Positions 1-11,850 of a stretch of DNA of 44,043 nt are shown here, one piece after another. Positions within the stretch are counted from its first letter, which is position 1. Each line of letters opens with the position of its first letter. The DNA is from Macrostomum lignano (Eukaryota). The stretch spans positions 1-44,043 of the forward strand of contig NIVC01004499.1 in the NCBI GenBank assembly GCA_002269645.1. Direction: 5' to 3'. The position numbers were made by a program, and so were the translations under genes. The notes under the pieces were generated by a model, which saw only the letters and a program-made list of their open reading frames with translations, was not told where the DNA came from and did not search any database.

Positions 1-553
1 ATCTCCATTTTCTTTTCACCCTGTCTACAATTGGTGCTCCAATGTTACATTATTATGGCAGTAGACTAAATGTGTAGTGAGCCATTTCACAAGCGTTCTT
101 TAATTAAATAAATAAAACTTTTATATCAAGGTTAACAATTACAACGTCGCAGAAAAGCGAGGTTTCAACTACAGTTCATTCCTAATTTCTTTGCCGATAT
201 ATTAAAGTGTAGTGTGCAGTTATCTGCTTTTTAATTTACGTAATTGTTTATTGTTGTGCGTTAAATCGTTTTCTTGTGTTGTACTCCTATATATGCTGAA
301 CGTACCACTACTGTAGTCCAGTTAATTATCAGTTCGAATTGCTAGTCGCACGAGACCCTGTCTTTGAAATGAACATTTTATTGTACAAAGTATTCTCTCT
401 GAAAATTGCCAGTGAACTTTGAATTCTGTAGCCGTCAATTTGTAACTTTTCATTTAAGTGCAATGTAGTTTTATAATAATGATTTTGGCTTGTGTGTTGC
501 GATTCTATTAAAGTGAATATGTTGTTTGGATTTGTTTATTTACCACTGTATTC

Positions 554-1814
554 TAGGGTGTGCTCAGTCCAGGGTGTGCTCAGTGTAGGGTGTGCTCAGT
601 CCAGGGTGGGCTCAGTCTAGGGTGTGCTCAGTCCAGGGTGTGCTCAGTGTAGGGTGTGCTCAGTCCAGGGTGTGCTCAGTCCAGGGTGGGCTCAGTGTAG
701 GGTGTGCTCAGTGTAGGGTGTACTCAATGTAGAGTGTACTCAATGTAGATTGTACTCAATGTAGATTGTACTCAATGTAGGATGTGCTCAATGTAGAGTG
801 TACTCAATGTAGGGTGTGCTCAATGTAGGGTGTGCTCAGTCTAGGGTCAGCTCAGCTCATGGTGTGCTCAGTCTAGTGTGTGCTCAGTCTAGGGTGTGCT
901 CAGTCTAGTGTGTGCTCAGTCTAGGGTGTGCTCAGTCTAGTGTGTGCTCAGTCTAGGGTGTGCTCAGTCTAGTGTGTGCTCAGTCTAGTGTGTGCTCAGT
1001 CTAGGGTGTGCTCAGTCTAGTGTGTGCTCAGTCTAGGTGTGCTCAGTGTAGGGTGTGCTCAGTCTAGTGTGTGCTCAGTCTAGGGTGTGCTCAGTCTAGT
1101 TTGTGCTCAGTCTAGGGTGTGCTCAGTCCAAAATGTGCTCAGTCTAGGGTGTGCTCAGTCTAGTGTGTGCTCAGTCTAGTGTGTGCTCAGTCTAGTGTGT
1201 GCTCAGTCTAGGGTGTGCTCAGTCTAGTGTGTGCTCAGTCTAGGGTGTGCTCAGTCTAGGGTGTGCTCAGTGTAGGGTGTGCTCAGTCTAGTGTGTGCTC
1301 AGTCTAGTGTGTGCTCAGTCTAGGGTGTGCTCAGTCTAGGGTGTGCTCAGTCTAGTGTGTGCTCAGTCTAGTGTGTGCTCAGTCTAGGGTGTGCTCAGTG
1401 TAGGGTGTGCTCAGTCTAGGGTGTGCTCAGTCTAGTGTGTGCTCAGTCTAGGGTGTGCTCAGTCTAGTGTGTGCTCAGTGTAGGGTGTGCTCAGTCTAGG
1501 GTGTGCTCAGTCTAGTGTGTGCTCAGTCTAGTGTGTGCTCAGTCTAGGGTGTGCTCAGTCTAGTGTGTGCTCAGTGTAGGGTGTGCTCAGTCTAGGGTGT
1601 GCTCAGTCCAAAATGTGCTCAGTGTAGGGTGTGCTCAGTATAGGGTGTGCTCAGTGTGTGCTCAGTGTAGGGTGACCAATGTAGGGTGTGCTCAATGTAG
1701 GTGTGTTCAATTTAGGGTGTGCTCAATGTAGGGTGTGCTCAATGTAGGGTGTTCTTAATTGTAGGGTGTGCTCAGTGTGTGCTCAGTGTAGGGTGTGCTC
1801 AATGTGTGCTCAGT
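554..1814. repeat. 16-bp minisatellite (AGGGTGTGCTCAGTCT and variants), about 78 units
   Basis: Tandem periodicity read directly; ends about 115 bp before the zinc-finger ATG. Confidence 0.97.
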
Positions 1815-1930
1815 CAGCAAATATCGAAATGCTTCTATCACTATTTTCAGTAATTTCAATATTTATCTTCATAAACTTGCCACAACGACGGCACACACAG
1901 AGAATACCACGCGGACAACAGATCTGAGCG

Positions 1931-4723
1931 ATGAGCACACGAAGCAAGTCAGCTGCTGGTGGCATCCAATTGAAATGCCGTTTATGCACCCTGCGCTTTA
2001 ACACCGCGGAGGAATTGGACAAGCACACCTACTTGTGCCATCCTCAGGTGTCAGCCTCTGCAGCTGCTTCATCGCCGCCATGTCAACGGCTGCCGCTGCG
2101 GCTGCCAACATGGCGGCAGCTGTGGCAGCTTCTCGTCTGCTGGCTCTGGCATCGAGTCTGCCGAATCAGACATTGTTGGTTTTGCTGGTGGCGTCCTTAG
2201 CGCTCTGGAGAATCAGGTTGAAAAGCGAGTCTATTTTCTGAGCTAGATCTGACCTACTTTCAGAGCTAGAGCTGACCTACTTTCTGAGCTAGAGCTGACC
2301 TATTTTCTGAGCTAGAGCTGACCTACTTTCTGAGCTAGAGCTGACCTACTTTCAGAGCTAGAGCTGACCTATTTTCTGAGCTAGAGCTGACCTACTTTCA
2401 GAGCTAGAGCTGACCTACTTTCAGAGCTAGAGCTGACCTACTTTCTGAGCTAGAGCTGACCTATTTTCTGAGCTAGAGCTGACCTACTTTCAGAGCTAGA
2501 GCTGACCTACTTTCTGAGCTAGAGCTGACCTACTTTCTGAGCTACAGCTGACCCATTTATGGATTCTATCATTGTGTCCGCTGCCTCCCCCGCAGACGGA
2601 TCCTCCGACATCGTCGAAATCTGCAGCCTTGCCAGCTTCCTCATTGGCTCATTCTGCTGTCGATTCTATAATAATGGCTTCATCAGCCGGCTCAGCTACT
2701 AATACGACCGCTAGTAACAATACTAATAGAAATAATAATAATAATAATAGTAATAATGGCTCAAAAACAGTCGCTAAAAAGCGCCGAATCCATCCAGAGC
2801 CACCTGTCCGCACTGTCACACCAGCTTCTCCAGACGCGCCACTCTAAAAGTACATTTAATCAGGCAGCGCTGCCCGGCGGTGAAGTGGCGCACAATTTCG
2901 GCCAATGCCGTTGTCAAATCGACATCGTCGGCGTTGAAAAGCTCCGGCCAGTTTGCTTGTCGAGAATGCGGTGCCAGGTTTCATAGAAAGTCCAACTGCA
3001 CCAGACATATGCGAATGCACGGCTATACCGGCGAATGAAGGCTTTGAAAGATTGCGAGACTGGCCGCAATGAAAGAAACTCGCACTGCTGCAGTCTCTGC
3101 ACCGAGTCGGATACCGCGTTTGACGAGATCGGGCTTATCTGGTGGGTCAACGATTCAGGTCTCACTATTCAGGTTGAGATTCTTTATGATTCAGGTTGAG
3201 ATTCTTTATGATTCAGGTTAAGATTCTTTATGATTCAGGTTGAGATTCTTTATGATTCAGGTTGAGATTCTTTATGATTCAGGTTGAGATTCTTTATGAT
3301 TCAGGGTTGAGATGCTTTATGATTCAGGTTGAGATTCTTTATGATTCAGGTTGAGATTCTTTATGATTCAGGGTTGAGATGCTTTATGATTCAGGTTGGG
3401 ATTCTTCACTATTCAGGTTGAGATACTTTATGATTCAGGGTTGAGATGCTTTATGATTCAGGTTGGGATTCTTCACTATTCAGGTTGAGATACTTTATGA
3501 TTCAGGTTGGGATTCTTTATGATTCAGGTTGGGATTCTTCACTATTCAGGTTGAGATACTTTATGATTCAGGTTGGGATTCTTTATGATTCAGGTTGAGA
3601 TTCTTCACTGTTCAGGGTTGAGATTCTTTATGATTCAGGTTGAGATTCTTCACTATTCAGGGTTGAGATTCTTTACTATTCAGGTTGAGATTCTTCACTA
3701 TTCAGGTTGAGATTCTTTACTATTCAGGTTGAGATTCCTCACTATTCAGGTTGAGATTCCTCACTATTCAGGTTGAGATTCCTCACTATTCAGGTTGAGA
3801 TTCCTCACTATTCAGGTTGAGATTCCTCACTATTCAGGTTGAGATTCTTCACTATTCAGGTTGAGATTCTTCACTATTCAGGTTGAGATTCCTCACTAAT
3901 CAGGTTGAGATTCCTCACTATTCAGGTTGAGATTCCTCACTATTCAGGTTGAGATTCCTCACTATTCAGGTTGAGATTCCTCACTATTCAGGTTGAGATT
4001 CTTCACTATTCAGGTTGAGATTCTTCAGTATTCAGGTTGAGATTCTTCAGTATTCAGGTTGAGATTCTTCACTATTCAGGTTGAGATTCTTCACTATTCA
4101 GGTTGAGATTCCTCACTATTCAGGTTGAGATTCTTCACTATTCAGGTTGAGATTCTTCACTATTCAGGTTGAGATTCTTCACTATTCAGGTTGAGATTCT
4201 TCACTATTCAGGTTGAGATTCTTCACTATTCAGGTTGAGATTCTTCACTATTCAGGTTGAGATTCTTCAGTATTGAGGGTTGAGATTCTTCACAAGAAGG
4301 ATAATCCTTAGAAAAGTTAGCATTCTTCATTCATTTCTAAATGTTCGCCATTCTGCCTCGCCATTTCGCAGCCACCTGTCGCAGTCGCACGGGTTAGCTG
4401 GCCGGCTACACCTGTGCAGCACCTGTCGCCAGGTGTTCACATCTCTCGCCGAGCTCCGCCAGCATCAGGAGGCCAGCCTCCATCAGCCGTGGCGCTCTTG
4501 CGATCGTCAGCAATGCCCGGCCAAGGACTGTCGGCGGTGCTTCACCTTGCCGAAGCACCTGGCGGAGCACCGGCTGCTGCACCCCACTCCGCCGCAGCTG
4601 CGGCCGCACCGCTGCCCGGTGTGCCTGGCTGCCGGCTGCAACGAAGATGACGTCACCTTCTGCTGGCAATTTCAATTGGTTGAGCACTGCGTTAGCGTCG
4701 GGCATTTGAGTCGCATGGCTTAA
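1931..4723 (+). CDS. Multi-finger C2H2/C2HC zinc-finger protein, about 7 fingers; exons approx 1931-2216, 2596-3141, 4372-4723; needs several 1-bp frame repairs
   Basis: Fingers CRLC..HTYLCH, CPHC..HLIRQRC, CREC..HMRMH, CSLC..IC|HLSQSH (split by a phase-2 intron, donor TG|GTGGGT 3142, acceptor TTTCGCAG 4371), CSTC..HQEASLH, CPAKDC..HRLLH, CPVC..HCVSVGH. Frame breaks near 2070-2150, 2790 and 3034. Start codon and first donor (CAG|GTTGAA 2217) are less certain. Confidence 0.75.
2231..2553. repeat. 23-bp minisatellite (CTGAGCTAGAGCTGACCTACTTT), about 14 units, filling zinc-finger intron 1
   Basis: Direct tandem periodicity. Confidence 0.97.
3152..4291. repeat. 22-bp minisatellite (TTCAGGTTGAGATTCTTCACTA / ..CTTTATGA), about 50 units, filling zinc-finger intron 2
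   Basis: Direct tandem periodicity; starts about 10 bp after the donor. Confidence 0.97.
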
Positions 4724-4799
4724 CTGACAGCTTTGAGAATTCATTTGGGATTTGATCATCTCCCTTAATCCTCAATCCTTTGTCTCTTATCTTTCTTGG

Positions 4800-5285
<486 letters not shown>

Positions 5286-5940
5286 GATCTCTGCACCTAT
5301 CGTCTGCTTGTCTATTTCTCTAATCTTTGCATTTCTCTTAACAAATTCTTAAGCCAGTTCTTTTCCTTGCACAAATATCTTGAACAGTGTTTGTTTTCAT
5401 TTACTGACCATTTTATTATGTCCATTGTGCTCAACTTTCGACGGATATTCTATAAGCATTATTTGAACTTATAATATATATGTATATGTATAAACTCTCA
5501 CTAATCTCAAAATTTTATACTTTTTTATATCTAGCATTATTTTTGTTTGGCTCATTATATGCTTTCACTAATATTCGGCACAATACTTCAAGCAGTTAAT
5601 TGGTTTACTGTTCAGTGCGAGCATTCGTTCACAACTTTTGTTTACACGGATGTCTACTTGCTTTTTTTTAGCTTTGTTATTATAAAGCGTGGTTCTCTTT
5701 TCATAAGCATGCAACTCCGTGCGTGCCCATTTTTATCGCCTGCTTGTTGCAGGTGCTGGTTTCCGCCACTTTTTTACATTAAACAACATATCTTCAAGGC
5801 TCAATATGCTATGTTTTGTCGATCCAACGGCATTTAGCTTTGCAAGAAATATTTACTGGCTTTTTTTGCACTGCTTCCTACTTTTTATTCTAAACCTTTT
5901 AATATTGGAACATTAATTACAATTTTCAACCTTTAATATT

Positions 5941-6665
5941 CTTTAAAATCGCCCTTTAGTCTTTTAATAAAATCCTATTCTCTGTGAAGACCGCTCTTTA
6001 ATCTATTTTAGAATCGCCCTTAAATCCCTTTTATACTCGCCCTTTAATCTCCTTTAGAATCGCCCTTTAAACCCCTTTATAATCGTCCTTTAATCCTTTT
6101 TAGAACCGCCCTTTAATCTCCTTTAGAATCGCCCTTTAATCTCCTTTAGAATCGCCCTTTAATCTCCTTTAAAATTGCCCTTTTATCTCCTTAGAACCGC
6201 CCTTTTATCTCCTTTAGAACCGCCCTTTTATCTCCTTTAGAATCGCCCTTAATCTCCTTTAGAACCGCCCTTTAATCTCCTTTAGAATCGCCCTTTAATC
6301 TCCTTTAGAATCGCCCTTTAATCTCCTTTAGAATCGCCCTTTAATCTCCTTAGAATCGCCCTTTAATCTCCTTAGAATCGCCTTTTAATCTCCTTTAGAA
6401 TCGCCCTTTAATCTTCTTTAGAATCGCCCTTAAATCTCCTTTAGAATCGCCCTTTAATCTTCTTTAGAATCGCCCTTTAATCTCCTTTAGAATCGCCCTT
6501 TAATCTTCTTTAGAATCGCCCTTTAATCTCCTTTAGAATCGCCCTTTAATCTCCTTTAGAATCGCCCTTTAATCTCCTTTAGAATCGCCCTTTAATCTCT
6601 TTTAGAATCGCCCTTTAATCTTTAGAATCGCCATTTAATCTCCTCTAGAATCACCTTTAAATCGC
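5941..6665. repeat. 23-bp minisatellite (AATCGCCCTTTAATCTCCTTTAG)
   Basis: Direct tandem periodicity with degenerate edges. Confidence 0.96.
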
Positions 6666-7213
6666 TTTGTAGCCTTCCCCAGCAAAAGTATACATCGGCC
6701 CTCTAATTTACTTATTAAATTGCCTCCATGAATTTGTACTATTTTGTTCGCTCCTGCTTGTACAGCTCTTCAAGTATTCTATAGAATAATAATAGCAATA
6801 ATATATTTATTATGATAATAAGCTGCATTCTGAAGCGGATATACTTTCAATAGTTATACGTTTAGCAATTTTTAAAGACAAAATAGTTATATCGACATGT
6901 AACTAGGCAAGCCAGGCCCGTTTTGAGGGCCTGTGTGTACATAGTCCATTATGCAATTTTAATTCTTACCTATTAGTATGTAGTTGCAATTTGCAATTTT
7001 CATTTAATTTGTGAATTTAATACTTTGAAAGCAAATATACATAATACATATATAAGCAGCGTCTGAGGCGTTTGCTTTTAAGCAGCTTATATTTAATTGA
7101 GTTGTTTTGTTATCTGTTTAGTTTCTGCGTTTTGATGATTAAGATTCTTAAGAAATTTTCACACCTCTTTGTCTTGCTTTACAGTACATTCCATTTTTAA
7201 CGGCCTGCTAATT

Positions 7214-7447
7214 CAGTTGCGGCGCAGTATCTCTGGTTAGGGGGGAGGGGGCAGTAGTTAGGTGGTCACCCCCCCCCCTTCTAAGAAAGTAAAAAATTAC
7301 GAACAAATTATGAAGTTGCATTACAGAGGGAGACTATCTGCCCTCCCTTCCTAGGGTCTTTTTGAGGGCCGTGGGGATGGTGGGGTGGTCACCCCCGGCC
7401 CCTTCCCCCCCCCCCCAGGCAGCTGCCCCCCTGCGCCGCCACCACTG
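7214..7447. mobile_element. hAT-like MITE, 234 bp
   Basis: Imperfect TIRs CAGTTGCGGCGCAG / CTGCGCCGCCACCACTG; flanks CTGCTAATT (7205-7213) and CTGCTATT (7448-7455) resemble an 8-bp TSD with one indel; internal GTGGTCACCCCC twice and G/C runs. Confidence 0.65.
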
Positions 7448-7614
7448 CTGCTATTTCTGTTTCTACCTGAGCTTTTGTCAGTCAGGTCAGGTAAGAAGGA
7501 TGCTTTAAGAGTAGGTTTATGTTAGGATTCGTGTTTGGGTTAGAGTTATAGGGTTAGGGTTTAGGACTTAAGTCAGTAAGTAGTAGGTGCTAGCCGTCTT
7601 CTGTTAGAGGGAGG

Positions 7615-7670
7615 TAGGGATTGCAAAATCCCGGATTTTTGTGATCCCGGGATTTAATCCCGGAATTTGG
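7615..7670 (+). mobile_element. Possible lone left end of a hAT-like element (TAGGGATTGC... with ATCCCGG subterminal repeats)
   Basis: TAGGG start and three ATCCCGG motifs; no matching right end or TSD found. Confidence 0.3.
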
Positions 7671-7942
7671 CCAATCAGAATTATACAGATTTTTATGCTT
7701 CTAGGTTAAAATTTTAAGGCAAAATATGCGCTAAACGCTTTTTTGCTTACTTTTTTGTATTGTTATAGAGATAATGATCTATTTTTAGATGAAAAATAGC
7801 ATTTTCTTGTGACCTATTGAAGTAAGTAGTATAAATGTACTAATTAGTAGTAAAGAAGCAAATCATATCAAAATTTAAATTGAAATTAATTTCACATTCA
7901 AATCTGTGATGCGGGGTTTAAAAAGGTGCCACACGACGTGAG

Positions 7943-8120
7943 GCAATTAACGGAAATTAGGGGCTCCGATTAATTTGGTGGTTGTGTTCACAAAATTGCC
8001 AAATGCAGAATGGGTCATAATAGTCATAATAAGGGGCCAACACATGCTTTTGTGCACCCTGTGTGAGCGTGTGTATTAGCGCTTGTATAGTTTTGCTGAG
8101 GAGTCGGCGGAATGAGCAAT
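7943..8120 (+). mobile_element. Degenerate SINE-body relic related to the SINE at 33770-34129
   Basis: Collinear shared blocks GCAATTAACGG, CCTGTGTG, GCGCTTGTAT and GAGT(C/T)GGCGGAATG(A/G)GCA. Confidence 0.6.
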
Positions 8121-8400
8121 ATTTATTTATGCATACAGACAAACTATAAGTTTAGAAGAGAGGCAGAGTTAGAGTGTACATTTACTGAACCCCAATAGCC
8201 GTAGTTTTTTTATATAGTTCACTTTACGATTCTAGATTATGTAAGTCTCAAACTTTGGCTAAATGTACATATTGTGCTCTTATCTAGCAGTGGGGTGGTG
8301 GCTTTCGCTGGCGCGGCGTTTTGTTTGATAATTGAACCCGCGTTTCATCTATTTTTTTCAGTCGCGCCTTAACTATCGATTATTACTTTAATTTTTCGCG

Positions 8401-9900
8401 ATGGCTTCTCTACAATCTGACTTGGCCAATCAAGAAGGCTCTGCCGCCGATTCCTTTGAAGTCGCCGCCGCCGCGTCGAGCGATTGTCGCGTCAAGCTCA
8501 ACCGACGCTCGCTGGGCGGCTTAGCCTTTGATGTTGAATTTATTGACGACAGCGGCCAGAGTAATAAAACTGATAATAGCGATGTTAAAAGTTCAGTTGG
8601 CGGCGGTAAAACGGCTGTTGACGCCAGTCCTAGTCGAAAGGCCCAGCAGCCGCCACAGTCGACTGCAGTCAGCGCCGATGAAATCGCCGAACGCCTGGCC
8701 GCGGCTGAGCTCCGTCGAGAGCAGCAGCTGGCCGAGCGAGTCGGCCGTCTGGAGACCAAGCTCAGTCACGTGACCGAAGTGGCCGAGCGACAGAAACGCG
8801 AAGTGGAAGCTCGAACTGAGCAGAATTTGAAGTCTGTTGAGGAGACGCTGAAAGCTGCCGAAGAGCGCCGACTGGGAAGGATGGAGGCAAGTTAACGGTC
8901 TTGGATAAATGGTTCCATGTGTACTTTTATTTTCTATGCTCGATTGCTTATAACTGCCGCCTGACTGGGGGGGGCAGCGACCCGACTGGGGGGGGGGGGC
9001 AGCGGCCTGATTGTGGTGGGGGGGGCAGCGACCTGATGGTGGTGCGGGGGGCAGCGACCTGATGGTGGTGGGGGGGCAGCGACCTGATGGTGGTGGGGGG
9101 GCAGCGACCTGATGGTGGTGGGGAGGGGCAGCGACCTGATGGTGGTGGGGGGGGCAGCGACCTGATGGTGGTGGGGAGGGGCAGCGACCTGATGGTGGTG
9201 GGGGGGGCAGCGACCTGATGGTGGTAGGCGGGGGACAGCGACCTGATGGTGGTAGGGGGGGGCAGCGACCTGATGATGGTGGTAGGGGGCAGCGACCTGT
9301 TGGTGTGGGGGGGGGCAGCGACCTGATGGTGGTGGGGGGCAGCGACCTGATGGTGGTGGGGGGACAGCGACCTGATGGTGGTGGGGGGGGACAGCGACCT
9401 GATGGTGGTGGGGGGGGACAGCGACCTGATGGTGGTGGGGGGGACAGCGACCTGATGGTGGTAGGGGGGGGACAGCGACCTGATGATGGTGGTAGGGGGG
9501 CAGCGACCTGTTGGTGTGGGGCACTAAGGGGCAGCGGCCTGAAAGCTTGGAAATTGTCAAGTAGACGCGCACCCCGAATGCATTTAATGACACCAGCAAC
9601 GTTATTATCATCAAACCGATGCCCCAACCCAGGAGGTGAAGCAGCGAGCTCGCGGCCTGAGCGCCGGAGCCAAGGAGCGCAGCAAGGCGGTACGCGAGAA
9701 GCTGGAAGCGGAACGGCAGACGCTCGAAGCCGAGCTGGATCGCGACATTCGTGCCAAAGAGGCGAAACGCCGCGAACAAATCGAACGAATTGCAGGGCGC
9801 CCAGCAGCACCTGGCCAAGGTGGAGGGGGTGCGCAATCAGCGGCTGAGCACCGGGCCTGAGCAAGGCTGCGGCGACACGGCCGGAACGCAGTCAGAGTAA
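8401..9900 (+). CDS. Stathmin-family (tubulin-sequestering) protein; exons 8401-8886 and 9633-9900; GC-AG intron; one 1-bp frame repair near 9795-9802
   Basis: RSLGGLAFDV resembles the stathmin KRASGQAFEL cap; ADEIAERLAAAELRR resembles EIQKKLEAAEERRK; the repaired C-terminus HLAKVEGVRNQR resembles KDKHIEEVRKNK. Donor GAG|GCAAGT, acceptor CCCAG|GAG, both phase 0. Probable 5' UTR intron 8241-8361 (GTAAGT..TTTTCAG). Confidence 0.78.
8962..9540. repeat. G-rich minisatellite, about 24-30 bp units (GCAGCGACCTGATGGTGGTG + G-run), in the stathmin intron
   Basis: Direct; G-run length varies between units. Confidence 0.96.
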
Positions 9901-10609
9901 CAGCGACTGCCGTTTTTGAAACGCTGATAATTAAAAAGTTCCGTTGGATTATATTTAGGTCAAAATTCTCTTCTATATACTACATAGTTTATGCCAGTTA
10001 TTCAGCGCTCATTATATCCTTTATTTTTTTCTATTATTTTCCTATTGTTAGTATACATTTTTGCTATAGAAGTAGTGCAGTTTAGAAATCGCCAAAAAAT
10101 TATTGCATTTTTTCTATTTCTAGGATAAGTGAATAAGAATTCGTAATTTTTGTTTAAAATCTAGTTTTTCTTAATAAGAAATTGTTGCATTTGTTTAAGT
10201 TTACCAGTTTAGTGTCAATATATAAAAATTGCATTAGTCTACCAGTTTTCCTATAATTAGTTTATACCCGTTGTCGCCTATATAGCTCATCATTTTCTCC
10301 TCTACATATAGGCATCAGTATGCAATCTCAATTAGTCAACCCAATGACTGTCAGTTGGACTGTCGCCAAACTTATAAACAAAACTTTTGTAACTCTAGGT
10401 GACCAATAAATCTTCCAGTGTGTGCGAGCCAGTTAACGAAGTTGTGTTCTGCTGAAAATTTGATTCAAAAATTGTTTCAATGCTCTTCAACCTGAGTTAG
10501 TTAATTTATTCAATGAAATACATCTACGAAAACATATTAACCAATTAAACCAGGCCATTAACATTTTAGAGAATTTTCTAGGGAATCACCCCTATTTAAA
10601 AACCCACAG

Positions 10610-11800
10610 AAATTTCCCCTAAAGCCTTGATAAATCGCCCTATAAAACCCCCCACAGGGTCGTCCAAAAATCCCAATATAATTGCCACTAGAAGCCTCCT
10701 AAAATCGCCCCTAAACCCCCACATACAATCGCCTCTAAAAACCCCCTAAAATCGCCCCTAAATCCCCATATCATTGCCACTAAAACCCTCCTAAAATCGT
10801 CCCTAAACCCCCACATACAATCGCCTCTAAAAACCCCCTAAAATCGCCCCTAAATCCCCATATCATTGCCACTAAAACCCTCCTAAAATCGTCCCTAACC
10901 CCCCATACAATCGCCTCTAAAACCCCCTAAAATCGCCCCTAAATCCCCTAAAATTGCCCTAACCCTCCTAAAATCGCCCTAACCCCTAAATCGCCACTAA
11001 AACCCTCCTACAATCGCACTAAAACCCTCCTAAAATCGCCCCTAAAACCCCCTAAACAATCGCCCCTAAAACCCTCCTAAAATCGCCCCTAAACCCCACC
11101 TACAATCGACACTAAAACCCTCCTAAAACCGCCCCTAAAACCCTCCTAAAACCGCCCCTAAAACCCTCCTAAAATCGCCCCTAAACCCCACCTACAATCG
11201 ACACTAAAACCCTCATAAAACCGCCCCTAAAACCCTCCTAAAACCGCCCCTAAAACCCTCCTAAAATCGCCCTAAAACCCCATACAATCGCCTCTAAAAC
11301 CCTCATAGAATCGCCCTAAAACCCTCCTAAAATCGCCCCTAAAATCCCCCCATAAAATCGCCACTAAAACCCTCCTAAAATCGTCCCTAACCCCCCTACA
11401 ATCGCCACTAAAACCCTCCTAAAATCGCCCCTAACCCCCTAAACAATCGCCCCTAAAACCCTCCTAAAATCGCCCCTAAACCCCACCTACAATCGACACT
11501 AAAACCCTCCTAAAACCGCCCCTAAAACCCTCCTAAAACCGCCCCTAAAACCCTCCTAAAATCGCCCCTAAACCCCACCTACAATCGACACTAAAACCCT
11601 CCTAAAACCGCCCCTAAAACCCTAAAACTAAAATCGCCCCTAAACCCCATACAATCGCCTCTAAAACCCTCATAGAATCGCCCCTAAAACCCTACTAAAA
11701 TCGCCCCTAAAATCCCCATCCATAAAATCGCCCCTAAAACCCTCCTAAAATCGCCCCTAAAACCCTCCTAAAATCGCCCCTAAAACCCCAATATAAAAAT
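10610..11800. repeat. About 23-bp C/A-rich minisatellite (AAAATCGCCCCTAAAACCCTCCT) with higher-order blocks
   Basis: Direct; ends about 50 bp before the OSGEPL1 ATG. Confidence 0.96.
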
Positions 11801-11850
11801 CGCATTGAAAACTGTATATTATACAATACCTGAGCGTTTAATTACATTGC

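Noticed and set aside
7537-7570. Interstitial telomere marking a chromosome fusion
   Set aside because: Only about 4 degenerate hexamers among transposon remnants; too short to support the claim.
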